Positions 23,524-35,171 of a stretch of 64,000 bases of DNA are shown one piece after another. Numbering within the stretch: position 1 is the stretch's first letter; each line of letters starts with the position of its first letter. This stretch comes from Protoeuglena noctilucae (taxonomy: Eukaryota): positions 310,001 to 374,000 of the forward strand of contig OY253673.1 of the NCBI GenBank assembly GCA_958009085.1. The letters run 5' to 3'. The translations under genes were made by a program, and so were the position numbers. Below the pieces are notes generated by a model. That model ran no database searches. It was not told where the DNA came from and saw only the letters and a program-made list of their open reading frames with translations.

Positions 23524-26500
23524 ATGGAGGATGACGACATGATGCTCGGGGGATGGTACTCGAGCTTCGGGGAGGATCCGCTCATGAGCAGCCCCGGCTT
23601 TCCGGACGAGCTGCGGGCCTCGGAGGAGGTGACGGTCCTCACAGAGCTCTGGCGCACCATCCGCTCTCCTTCTTCCCCTTGTGCACATCTTTTGGGTGCA
23701 AAATAGCGGACGTGAAGGCTGCCGGCCCGCAGCGGCCCCTCCGTCGCGTGCTACGGGGCAGATGGGTCGCCCTCGCTGCCCGCGCTGTGCAGGGGAGCGG
23801 CGAGCGAGGGGCGCAGGGCGTCGAAGACGGGTCCGACGACGACGATTGCGTGCCAATACCCCCTCTGCCGCGAGCCTTGCCCGCTCGAGCGACGGTGACG
23901 GCCGCTGCACCCTGGCACACCTCTGAGCCCAGCAGTCCAGCCCTGCAGCCCCGCGCCCTCATCCCTTCCCCTTCCTGCCCCGCAGGAGAGCGAAGAGGAG
24001 CGGAGACGATCGAGCGCCGGGGCTTCCACGCGTGCTCCCCGGCCGGCCCCGGCTGCGTCGTCGCGCACCAAGCGGTGCAACGAATGCAAGGCGTGCCTCA
24101 ACCCTGGGTGGAAGAAACCATGCCAGGTCCACGGATCGTCCCGGCCGCCCAAGACACCCAAGAACAAGACAGAGGCGTCGGCCAAGGCCGCCCCCGGCCC
24201 AGCAAAGGCCAAGATGCCGCCAGCCAAGGGGCACCCGGCACAGGCAGGTCTGGGTCCCACTGTGACCCCGACCGTGCAGCGGACCGAGTCGCCCCCGCCC
24301 CAGACCCAAGAGATCCCGACGCCCGTCATCGACGAGGATGGGCTCCTGGTCCCCGCCTCGGCGTCTCAGCGGCCGGGGGCGCCGCAGTCGACTACCACGA
24401 CCCCACGGCCCAAGCCGAGCCCAGCCGCGACGCCGCCGAGGCCCGCCGGGCCCTCACGCGACGCCGCGACTCCGTCGACGGGGCCTGGCGCGGCCCCTCG
24501 CCGGACTGTCACCCCGCCACCTGCCTGGCCGGCCCCTAAGGCCACGCCACGCGCGGCGGAGACGGGCGGTGAGACGGAGGACGGTGGGACCGACGACGAG
24601 GAGGACTGCAGCGACGATGGGGGAGCGGGTGAGCGCCGCTCGCCATGCGCACTTGCAGGGCTGTGACGATCGCAGCTTTGTCCGCACCCACGCCGCGAAC
24701 TCGGCCCTGGCCACCTGCAGAGTATGCGGGCGAGGACACCCCGGACCCGCACGCCCCCACGGAGGACAACTACGACGATGAGGAGGCCAACCAGCGTCGC
24801 AGGGAGGCCAACATCCGTGCGATGGTCAAGGGTACGCTCGTCACGTCGCGGCGCTCGGTGGTGCCCAAGCTGCTGCAGGTGGAGGAGGGGGAGGCGGTCC
24901 TGCGCAAGGCGTTCAAGACTCCGCACCCCACGGCGCCGAACCGGTCGGAAGAGCTCCTGCGGCGCCTGGCGGCACGCAAGGCCTTCGTCCCGTGGGGCGG
25001 CAAGCCCTTCAAGGTGAGCCTGGGGCAGGGGCAGGCATGTTGGGGTTAGTAGCAATGGTTGTTAACTGTATGTGCGAGGGAGACGTGCACGTGCACCTGA
25101 GCTTGGTGGCCTGGTTGACGTTCCACACTGCCACGCCACGCAGGTCAAGCTGTCTGTGTCAAGCGGGTCTGACGGGGCTGAGGAGACGCGAGCCGAGGAG
25201 GCACCCCCGCCTGCCCCGGCTCAGACGGAGCAGGCCGAAGAGAATCCTCTCATTCTTTGGACGCCGCCGGATGGCGCGGGGGGGCAGCCAGTCCGTGTGG
25301 ACCCTATGCTGACTCAGTTCCTGCGGCCCCACCAGCGGGAGGGCGTGCAGTTCATGTTCGAGTGCGTGGTGGGCCTGCGGGGCTACGGCGGCAACGGCTG
25401 CATCCTCGCAGACGACATGGTGAGTTGCGACAGTCGCAAGACACCGCGGGGCGAGGGTGACAGGCCGGTGCTGACTGGTGCGGCTGCGGACCTCGTGAGA
25501 GGGTGGGCAGGTGTCGTGGGGCGACTGAGGTTTTGCTGCAGCCACCAGTCACCTGCCGCCTCGCCGCGCTTGCCCCCAGGGCCTGGGGAAGACGTTGCAG
25601 GGCATTTCGTTGCTGTGGACGATGCTCACGTGCGGGCACGAGCTCCTAGGAGGCGCCCCCCTGTGCCGGCGCGTCATCATCGTGTGCCCGACGTCGCTGG
25701 TCAGCAACTGGGAAGCCGAGTGCGACAAGTGGCTGAAGGGGCGCGTCAAGTGCCTGGCACTCAGCGAGGCGTCACGTGACGACGCCATCGCCGCCATGGG
25801 TGAGTGGCAGCGGTGGCATAGACTGCAGGCACTGCCTGCTGAAAAGCATAAGGGTTCTCACATCCACGCCCTCGCCCTCGCCAGCCACCCCGCCACCTCC
25901 GCGCCGCCCCCGCCCTCTCCCGCAGACCGTTTCCTGTCCCCCTCTCTCCCCTACCACGTCATGGTCGTTTCCTACGAAACCTTCCGCATCCACGCCGAAC
26001 GATTCCGCCCCGAGCGTGCCTGCGACCTCCTCATCTGTGACGAGGCGCACCGTCTGAAGAACGACGCCACCCTCACCAACAAGGCCCTCGACGCCCTCGC
26101 GTGCCGGCGGCGCGTGCTGCTCTCCGGCGAGTGCCTGCTGCTTTTGGCGAAAGCACAGGCCGGCCTGGCTCGGCACGCAGTCGCGAGCTTGCTTGGATGG
26201 CACCGCTGTCACGCACGACGCTCACCCTCACAGCCACCCTTGCCGCGCAGGGACGCCCCTGCAGAACCATTTGGACGAGTTCTTCGCCATGGTCTCCTTC
26301 TGCAACCCGGGGGTGCTGGGCACGGCCGGGGAGTTCCGCAAAAAGTACGAGGGGCCGATTCTGGCGGGCCGCGAGCCGGGGGCGTCCGACGCGGAGGTGC
26401 AGCTGGGCAACGAGCGGTCCGAGGAGCTGTCGGCCTTCGTCAACCAGTTCATCCTGCGCCGCACCAACACCATCCTGTCCAAGCACCTCCCGCCCAAGCT

Positions 26501-28906
26501 GGTATCTGTGGTGTGCTGCCGCATGACCGACATGCAGACCATGCTGTACCGACACTTCCTGGACTCCAAGGCCGCCAAGCAAATCCTCACGGAGTCGGGT
26601 AAGGAAGGCGCCCGCCCTCTTGACACTCGATGCTTGGCATGGCGTGGCGGCTGACGAGGCAGGCGGCTGGTCGGCTGGTGTAGGTACAGTATGCCACAGA
26701 GAGCTCTGCGCGGTGGTCGCAGAGGAGGGGAGCAAGCGGGGCGCGCAGTCGGCAGGCGTCCTGGGCGCTATCACCATGCTCAAGAAGCTCTGCAACCACC
26801 CCAAGCTCATCTACGACGTCCTCACCAGCAAGGCCAGCCAAAAGGAGGACGGCGTCAAGGGGTTCAAGTGAGTTGGTGTGGAGATGACTGATCATGTCTG
26901 ATTGCGTGTCTTAGTTGCTGACGACTCTGGACACGGTTCAGGTCGCACGGGGTCTTGCATGGCGGCGCTACGGCTGCGCAGTCGAGACGGCGACCGTCAT
27001 GCACAATTATGGTGCCTGAGACTCGCCCATGCTTATCAAATGACCCTGGTTCCGCTGTCCCAGGGACGCCTTGGACTTCTTCCCGCCGGGAATCTTCGAG
27101 AGTGGCCGCGTGGGCCGAGGCCCCATGATGCAACAGTGGGAGGAGCTGTCGGGGAAGTTCGGCGTGCTGGCGAGGATGCTCGATGCCCTGTGGACCAAGA
27201 CTCGAGACCGCATTGTGATTGGTGAGGAAGCCATGTCATCGATTGCCTTGCCTCGGACGCAGTCGTGGCGCAGGGCAGCTGTAGCATGCGGCGTGTGGCG
27301 AGCGGCTGAGCCCTGGGCTGAGCCAGCGTCATGTACTGGTGTGCCGAGGCTCGCTCATGGACCTGCACCGCCCCGTTCCCGCAGTGAGCAACTACACGCA
27401 GACGCTGGACCTGGTGGCGCAGCTGTGCCGGGAGCGTGGCTACCCCCACGTGCGGCTGGACGGCAGCACGACCATGAACAAGCGACGGAAGCTGGTGCAG
27501 GAGTTCAACGACCCCGCGGCCCGGCAGTTTGCCTTCCTCCTGTCGTCCAAAGCCGGCGGCTGCGGCCTCAACCTTGTGGGGGGCAACCGTCTGGTCCTGT
27601 TCGACCCCGACTGGAACCCCGCGAACGACAAGCAGGCGGCTGCGCGGGTGTGGCGCGACGGCCAGCGCAAGCGGGTGTTCGAGTACCGCTTCCTGACCAC
27701 GGGGTCGATCGAGGAGAAGGTGTTCCAGCGGCAGCTGTCCAAGGAGTCCCTGCAGCAGGCCATCGGGCAGGGCGGCGGCGGGGGCGGGTCCGGGGAGTCG
27801 ATGTTCAGCCGGGACGAGCTGCGCAAGCTGTTCGCGCTCAGGCAGGACACCCTGAGCGACACGTACGAGCAGGTCGTGCTGGCCAAGCGCAGGGGCGCGG
27901 CCCCCGACGAGGCGGAGGTCAGCGGGAGTGACAGCGACGACGAGGACGTGGTCGTGGAGGTGCCGGGGGTGGGCAAGGGAGGGCAGGCGCAGGAGCGCGT
28001 TGCGCCCACGCCCGTGTTCAAGAGCCAGGACGGCAAGCCGGCGCAGGAGGAGTTGGAGAAGTGGGGCCACCACCCCACCGTCGACACGGGTGGGTGCCGC
28101 GACAGGGCTGGCAGGGCCGTGTGCCCACGCATCACTCTTGCTGCACTCTTGCTGCGCTCTTTGGCCTCCTGCGCTGCGCAGAGGGAGACTAACATGCCAC
28201 TCACACGCATCTCGTGCTGTCTGCCCCCGCAGTGGAGGACGAGGTGTTGCGGGACGTGGCCCAAGGGGCGGTGTCGTTCGTCTTCACGTGCGCGGTGGAC
28301 GGCAAGGACGAGAACCTCATGCCCCACGGGTACGCCAGCATGCACGCGCCGGCGCCCGTCGCTGTCGCGGGGAGCGGCACTGCAGCGGCGCCCCAGGCGG
28401 GGGCAGGCGCGGCTAGGGGCAGGGGTCGCGGGCGTGGGGGGCGCCAATGGAGCACGGGGTCGTTCCGGCCTCCGGGCAGCGCGCAGGATGGCGCTCCGGC
28501 GGCGAGCCTGGCGCCTGGGGGAAGCGTGTCGGGTGGCGTGGGCCGGGGGGGAGCGAGCCGCAGTCCGCTCCTGCCGTCCCGCACGCTGTCCGGCACGGTC
28601 ATGTCACGCGGCCCGCCCGCCCGCACCCCGCTGACGCCCTTGGCGGGGAACCTCCCCCGCGCGGCGCCCGGCGGCAAGGCCCGAGGGTCCGCGGGGAGCC
28701 TGCGGGGAGGGAGGGGCGGTGCAGGGACGGTCGCTAGGCGCGGGAAGCGGCCTGGGGCCGGGGGCGGGGCAGGTCGGGGCCAGGCGGCTAAGATGCGCCG
28801 GGAGGAGTCGGAGGATGACGAGGATGCGATGTCTGAGGAGAGCAGTGAGGGGGACGAGGGGGCGGGGAGTGACAGCGAAGGCGACACGGACGGGAGTGAC
28901 GATTGA
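23524..28906 (+). CDS. RAD54: RAD54 SNF2-family DNA repair/recombination ATPase
   Basis: [123 protein letters not shown]. The N-terminal [15 protein letters not shown] segment is typical of RAD54. Confidence 0.95.
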
Positions 28907-29482
28907 CGCTTGGCGAGACCAGGGGCCAGGGGCTTCCTCGGGCGCAGCGCGGCGCTCGGCGCATTGGCTGAGATGCCGAGTCTTTGTGTGGGCAGCTACA
29001 TGCTACTCTAAACTACCTCTCTCCCTTGTGCATTCTGCGGCACCTGGCTCATCGCGCCCCTGTGCTGTTTGCCCATGGCGCCTGACGCAGCATGTGAGCG
29101 GCGCATGTGAAGCGAAACTCTTGAAGACGTTGCGTTGTCACAACCGCATCGCCCTTCAAAGGCAGGCGCCCCGCGGGGCTGCGGTTGCGCGCCACGCTGA
29201 TGGCTCTCGATGCTGTATGATGGAGACCGCTCGCCAGCCACTAAGGAGAGAAGGCGAGAGGGACTATGAAACGCGGTAAGCGAAGGCGCGGGCAGTGGAT
29301 GGGAGGCCAGGCGTCCGCCCGCCCGCAGCACGTACGCGTGGGTCACATGAGAGCACGAAACGGGCATGGGTCATGTGTCACATGACAGCGCCAAGTAGGC
29401 AAGGACGCGGGGCCAGGGCCTGCTCTAGCGAAGAGGATCTCAGCTCCTGAGTGCCTCTCGGGTGACGGAAGAGGCGCCGCAG

Positions 29483-29650
29483 ATTGCCCGGCGGTCGACC
29501 TCGTGTACCTCATCTGGTCCTCCGTGGACCCCGACGTGGTCCGCGACCACGAGTCGGAGCTCGTGATGACGTACCTCGCCTCGCTTCTGCCCGAGGTGGC
29601 CAAGAAGGGCCAGCGCATCCCGACCACGGAGAAAGGGCGCTTGTGGCTAG
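29483..29650 (+). pseudogene. Orphan exon-like fragment resembling the C-terminal part of an ecdysteroid-kinase-like/choline kinase (APH superfamily) protein
   Basis: After a cgcag acceptor the frame reads CPAVDLVYLIWSSVDPDVVRDHESELVMTYLASLLPEVAKKG with coding-like codon usage. No upstream kinase exons were recognisable. Confidence 0.4.
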
Positions 29651-29718
29651 CACGGCACGGCGCACCGTGCACACGGTGAACCGCCGGAATCAAAAACTGC
29701 CCCGCCGTGACCTGCCCG

Positions 29719-32545
29719 TCACGGCCCGTTGCTCTGCGTGGACGGCTGCCGCACGTCGTCCAGCAGCCGCGCCCCTTGCGACCGCTCCCCCCGCCGGTCG
29801 TGCCCCCTCCCCCCGAAGATGGGCTTCATGAACCTCGAGTCAATGTTCCTCCACATCGTCTTAACGGTCCATATCGCCTCCTCCTCCTCCACTCGGTTCT
29901 GCAGCTGCGCGTAGTCCTCCCAGTCACGGGGCGACATGGGCTCCCCCGTGGAGACCTCGCCCTCGATGCCCAGCGCCTTGAGCATCGGCGCCGTCAAGCT
30001 GCCCACGAGCACCGTCGTCACGATGGCGATGAACAGCGTGCTCGACTCTGTGTGCAGGGACGCGGGTGCAGCCGGATGCTGACATGGGTCGGCGGGGCGG
30101 TGGGAAGGCGGGTGCGGCTGGTGAAATGCGCGGGGCACGACCGCCTACTCATGCAAGCATCAAGCACCGCTTCAGCAACAAGCACCGCGTAAGCAACAAG
30201 CACCGCTTACCCATGTAGGGGTTTCCGGCGTTGTTGTCGAGGGACTGGGCGTTGATGGCGGGCATGTTGACCACGAGGGCGTATGACATGCTGCCCCGCG
30301 TGCCGCTAAACACCTGCGGGGATGTACAAGGAAAGCTCGACAGTCATTTGATATGGTCAATGCGAGGGGCATTTTAGACAGCTCCCCAGGGCTGCACGTG
30401 CCCAGCGGCTGTGTCCGCAGGAGCCATCCGCTCGTTCGCTCAGCTCTCCCCACCTGCATGAGCTGGATGGCCCACGGGATGCGAGTGCCGCCGAGGGCGC
30501 GCAGGAGGGCGGCGAGGGGCACGATGTTGGCGATGCGGGAGAGGATGCATAGGGGCAGGGCGGAGAGCATAAGCCCCCACTGAATCTCAAGGGACCCCAA
30601 AGCGACCTGGAGGCCCATGTAGGCGAAGGTGAAGGACTCGGCCAGCATGGACATCGGTTCGAACGTGAGGCGTAGCGTGGAGGCCGCCTCCTCGCTGACG
30701 TTGTAAAGGGTGTAGTGGGAGTGGATGATACCAGACACGAAGAGCGCGACGATGCCGGAGAGACCCAGCCCCACAGCCACGATGTAGGACAGGTAGCCCC
30801 CCAGCATGACGATGCTGACGTCATAGACGGAGGCGTCCGCGTCGCCCACGCGGTGCCGGGCGACCCCCAACAGCTTCATGACGCGCGCGAGGACGAGCGA
30901 GAGGGCCACGCCGACGATGATGGAGCTGATGGAGTTCTTGATCAGGCCGGCGAACAGCGCCAGCCAGATGTTGGACGACTGCGTGGTCGCGTGGTAGCCG
31001 GCGCGGATCGTCTGCGAGAGGGCGATTGCGAGACGCAGTTGGCAATGTGTTGGGCGAGGCCAGGGTGAGACAGGGTTACACAAGGTTCTCCCTCTCACAG
31101 CGGAAGAGACACAGGCGACAGCCCTGCATGTGTGGCAGGGAGCGACAGGCACGTTGCAGTGCATCAGCACTCGGATGTTTGCACGACCCCCACCTCGAAC
31201 AGGATGATCACAGCGGCGTCGTTGAGGACGCTCTCGCCGAACACGAGGCTGTGGAGCAGGGGCGGCACCCCCACTGCCTTGAAGATGGCCAGCGTCGACA
31301 CCGGGTCCGTGGCTGGTGGCGGCACGGTGAACGGTTGTGGTCGCAATCGCGTGGTTACTCTCAACAACACGTGTCGGCGCAGCACATGTCACTCGCTGCA
31401 GGAGGATGGACATCAGCGGGCCGCGCACTCACAGCTGATGAGGGCGCCGTACATGAGACATCTCATGAGGGGCAGCGAGCCGATGCTGTCGCGGCCGACC
31501 CAGCCGAGCAGGACCAGTCCGTACCTGCGAGCGGTGAGCAGCGAGCGCGAGCGGTCAAGAGACACATTGGAAAGCGCGCGCCGGTGCGGCGAGGGCTGCA
31601 ACCAAGCCCTCACGTCCCAAGCCCAAACACGACGGCCGACACCAGGGTCCCCAGGAGGGCGAACACGATGATGGCCGTGAAGTTGGCGAAGAAGTCCTTC
31701 TTCTTCAAACTGCGGGGGGCCCGGGGGGCGTGCCATCGGGCGGGGCGGCCCCAGCCTGCGCTGTGACCGCTGCTCGCCGTGCACAAAGCACCTGAACCCG
31801 GCGTTCCAAATGATGGGTGGCAACAACACGAAGAAGAAGAGCTCCGGCTCGAACCTGTGCGCCAAAAAGGAAGCATGTAAGCAGATTCCCCGCCCTCCTG
31901 CCCACGTGCCAAGGTTGGAGCTGCAAGGCCGGACAACCATCGGGTCGCCGACAGCGCAATGCAGGCGGACGGAGACGTGGTTATCGGATACACGCTTGGG
32001 TCCCCGCGGCCGCCCGTCACCTCAGCATGGCCGTGAGCTTCGGAGACGAGAGCCTTACGCCGACCCCGCAGGCCACGCCGATGAGGAGCGCGAGCGTGGC
32101 CGGCGGGCAGTATTTGCCCAACTTCGTGCCAACGGTCAAATATACCACGAACACGCACGAGAGCACCACGATCTGCGGGCGGTGGAGTGGATGAGGGGCA
32201 CTGGTCTCCGCCAAGGGACCAGGCCGTTGCGCGCCGCCTCATCGTATCCCGCCTCGGCCTCGACGCCAAACATTGCAGTCTTGCATCGCCGTGAAGTCGA
32301 GCATGCCATCCGCCATCTAATCTAGCGGCTCTGGCCAGGCACTGGCGAGGCGGGCGCAGCAGACAGGTAGGAGGGTACCGCGGCACGCAGGGCTCACGGA
32401 GGACATCGCAGCACGGATGTGAACGGGCAGATGAAATGTCACTCTCGCGCGCACACCCAAGCGGGAGCGGGAGTCGGGCGCTCACCCACACCACGGCCAG
32501 CTCCGTGGAGACGAACGCCAGCCCACCATCCGCTGGCGCCGCCAT
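29719..32545 (-). CDS. NHX: Na+/H+ exchanger (CPA1/NHX family), 8 exons
   Basis: FEPELFFFVLLPPIIWNAGFSLKKKDFFANFTAIIVFALLGT, YGALISSTDPVSTLAIF, LHSLVFGESVLNDAAVIILF, GLSGIVALF, AESFTFAYMG, FSGTRGSMSYAL. All introns traced are GT-AG. Confidence 0.95.
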
Positions 32546-33120
32546 CTTCCCCTAGTCCCACGCCCCAAGAGGCGGAGCTCAAAACGGTGAGGGCGGCTAG
32601 GCTCGCGCGTCAGGTCCGGGACGACAAGCCCGTGGGGCAAAGCGATCACGACTGGACGAGACCGGCAGCCTAAGACCTCTTACTTATGATACAGAGCGCT
32701 TCTCAGCAGGAAACACAGCGAATCGCACTCCAAGGGTCGCGCATTCGGCCGGTCAGACAGGTGGGGCCACACCCGGGTCGCTGACCGTCGAAATGGATGG
32801 GTTTCAGGGATATGAACGGAAGGTGCTGTTGATGTCAGGGCCGGCGGGAGCCGTGGTATGGCCGGCAGGGGCCCAGGAAGGACCGCGGGGTCCAGGCCTG
32901 GGACCGCAACCAGCGGTCGGCGTCGTCTTACTGCCAGCGCTGAGCTCTGCGCCAGACTCCCGACAGCGCGTGGGAAGAGACTGCGAGGGCGCGAGCCGCA
33001 GGCCAGCCCTGCTGCGCGCAGGGCGCGCCGCGCAGCTGCCTGGGCATTCGAATTTTGCACGACACCCTGCCCCGCCCGCCGCTGCCCGAGGCTCTAAGAC
33101 CGACTTCCGCGTCGAGATGT

Positions 33121-33136
33121 GGTGTTTAATAACACC
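33121..33136 (-). promoter_or_regulatory. Histone mRNA 3' stem-loop (H2B copy 2)
   Basis: GGTGTT-ATTA-AACACC on the minus strand. Confidence 0.85.
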
Positions 33137-33184
33137 GGTTGGGAAAGGTGGGCCCGGGGGCCCGCGCGGACGAGGCCGCGGCGC

Positions 33185-33541
33185 TTACGAGGACGTGAAC
33201 TTGGTCACGGCCTTGGTGCCCTCCGACACGGCGTGCTTGGCCAGCTCGCCGGGCAGGATGAGGCGCACGGCCGTCTGGATCTCGCGCGACGTGATGGTGG
33301 GCTTCTTGTTGTAGCGCGCGAGGCTGGACGACTCGGTGGCGATGCGGTCGAAGATGTCGTTGATGAACGAGTTCATGATCGACATCGCCTTGGACGAGAT
33401 GCCCGTGTCGGGGTGCACCTGCTTGAGCACCTTGTAGATGTAGATCTTGTAGGTCTCAGCCTTGGACTTCTTGCGGCCCTTCTTGGCGTCGACCTTCTTG
33501 GTCGTCTTCTTGGCGGGCGTCTTCTCGGCCTTGGGCGGCAT
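33185..33541 (-). CDS. H2B: Histone H2B copy 2 (ESSSLAR instead of ESSRLAR)
   Basis: Identical to copy 1 except CGC->AGC at 33325. Confidence 0.99.
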   Translation of the reverse strand: MPPKAEKTPAKKTTKKVDAKKGRKKSKAETYKIYIYKVLKQVHPDTGISSKAMSIMNSFINDIFDRIATESSSLARYNKKPTITSREIQTAVRLILPGELAKHAVSEGTKAVTKFTSS

Positions 33542-33917
33542 GGTTGGGAAGTAGGCGGCGGGCGACGGAGGAACCGTGCGGGACTACTGGCCAGCCCCGG
33601 GGCCGGCCCGGGCTAGATGAGCCCTGCCAGCGGGGCCGCCCGGGTACCTTACCCTCCGGACCGACCGGCGCGCCGCGGGGGAGCGGGGCTGTCGGAGCGG
33701 TCTCTGAGGACGTATTTTGCAATGAGAAAGCCGCAGGAGCCGGTCCGCAAGCCTTCCGATGCCGAGAAGGACCCCAAACCCCCCGCCCATCTTTCCGAGG
33801 TCATCCCCCGGCCAGGGTACGTCCCCACCTGGCGGGGCCTCAAGAGGGCCCGGCCAGGCCCCCGGCTGGCACAACCTCCCATCGGTCCCCCATCGATCGG
33901 TGCGCTCTCCAACCAAC

Positions 33918-34319
33918 ATGTCTGGCAAGGGTCGCGGCAAGGCGTCGGGCAAGAAGGCCCAGACGCGGTCGTCCAAGGCGGGGCTCCAGTTCCCCGTCGG
34001 GCGCATCGCGCGGTACCTGAAGAAGGGCAAGTACGCGACGCGCGTGGGCGCCGGCGCCCCCGTGTACCTCGCGGCGGTCCTGGAGTACCTGTGCGCGGAG
34101 GTCCTGGAGCTGGCGGGCAACGCGGCGCGCGACAACAAGAAGACGCGCATCATTCCCCGGCACATCCAGCTGGCCGTCCGCAACGACGAGGAGCTGTCCA
34201 AGCTGCTCGCGGGCGTGACGATCGCGGCCGGCGGCGTGCTCCCCAACATCCACTCCGTGCTGCTCCCCAAGACGACGGGCGCCACGGGCGGCAAGACGCC
34301 CAAGAAGGAGAGCCAGTAA
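33918..34319 (+). CDS. H2A: Histone H2A copy 2
   Basis: Same protein as 20019-20420. Confidence 0.99.
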   Translation: MSGKGRGKASGKKAQTRSSKAGLQFPVGRIARYLKKGKYATRVGAGAPVYLAAVLEYLCAEVLELAGNAARDNKKTRIIPRHIQLAVRNDEELSKLLAGVTIAAGGVLPNIHSVLLPKTTGATGGKTPKKESQ

Positions 34320-34387
34320 GCTGGCCGGCTCCTGCGGCCGCGCGGTGTCCGCGTGATCCATCGCCCCTCGGGGTACCTTTCCAACCC

Positions 34388-34403
34388 GGTGTTATTTAAC
34401 ACC
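34388..34403 (+). promoter_or_regulatory. Histone mRNA 3' stem-loop (H2A copy 2)
   Basis: GGTGTT-ATTT-AACACC followed by ACATCT. Confidence 0.85.
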
Positions 34404-34643
34404 ACATCTGGCCGGAAGTTGAAACGGCGAATCCTAGATGCGGCGCTGGGGCACACGGGCAGCGCGCCTGTGCTGACACGCGACCGGGTGGCTGTTGCGG
34501 TCCTACTCCCGCGCATCAGTAAGCCTCCGGAGTTCGCAAATGCGGTCCTGGTTTTGAAGTGGCTGCTAGGCTAGTATGCGCTGCTACGTGTTACACGCGT
34601 GCATGTGCCAGCGTGCCATGCATCGCTGTCGTGCCCCTCCCGC

Positions 34644-34804
34644 TCAGACGCTCTTGGGGCTGGGCGGCGGCCTCTCCACGGTGGGGAGCAGGGTGCGCTT
34701 GCGCTCCCACGTGCGGCCGAGGGAGGCGCTGCCGGCCTGGTACCCCCGCCAGGCGACGAAGGCGGACAGCGTCAGAGCCACGGAGCCCCACACCACGTAG
34801 CGCC
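34644..34804 (-). pseudogene. Duplicated 3' fragment of the QSOX last exon (TM + tail), lacking upstream exons
   Basis: Matches 20745-20905 (RYVVWGSVALTLSAFVAWRG...PKSV*). Homology stops at 34804. Confidence 0.85.
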
Positions 34805-35171
34805 GGATTCCTCGCTCTTACTTGTTAGATGTGAGTCGCAATAGCATCGCAAGCCGCTGAAGAAGCCCCGGCGTAACCGCCACCGTCGCGTGTCAGTGCA
34901 ACCGTGTGGCTCGCAGCCTCACAGGCAGAACTGCGTTTGTATCCAGGCGCCCCTTCCAAACACTCATCGTGACGTTGCCGATTCCAGTCGGTGAAGTCCC
35001 GTGTAACGACTTTTCGCCCAGCCGGTTGGCACAACCTCAGACGCCAGCAGGCATCGCACTCCGGTCGCTGCATAGGCTCCGGCGGGACACGTACGGGGCG
35101 TCCCGGCCGGCCGCGGCCTGGGGCCCCTCCCTGCCACTGGTCTGCGACCCCCCGCGTCTAGGGTCCGCGCG

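Larger units (their letters stand above)
32962..34804. repeat. Segmental duplication copy 2 (H2B-H2A pair plus captured QSOX 3' fragment)
   Basis: Near-identical to 19063-20905, with a more diverged homologous shoulder at ~32885-32961 versus ~18983-19062. Confidence 0.95.

Noticed and set aside
30155..30210. aagcaacaagcaccgc repeats (also ccagccc runs at ~37675-37745) as a CRISPR-like array
   Set aside because: These are simple intronic tandem repeats without unique spacers, in a eukaryotic context with no cas genes.
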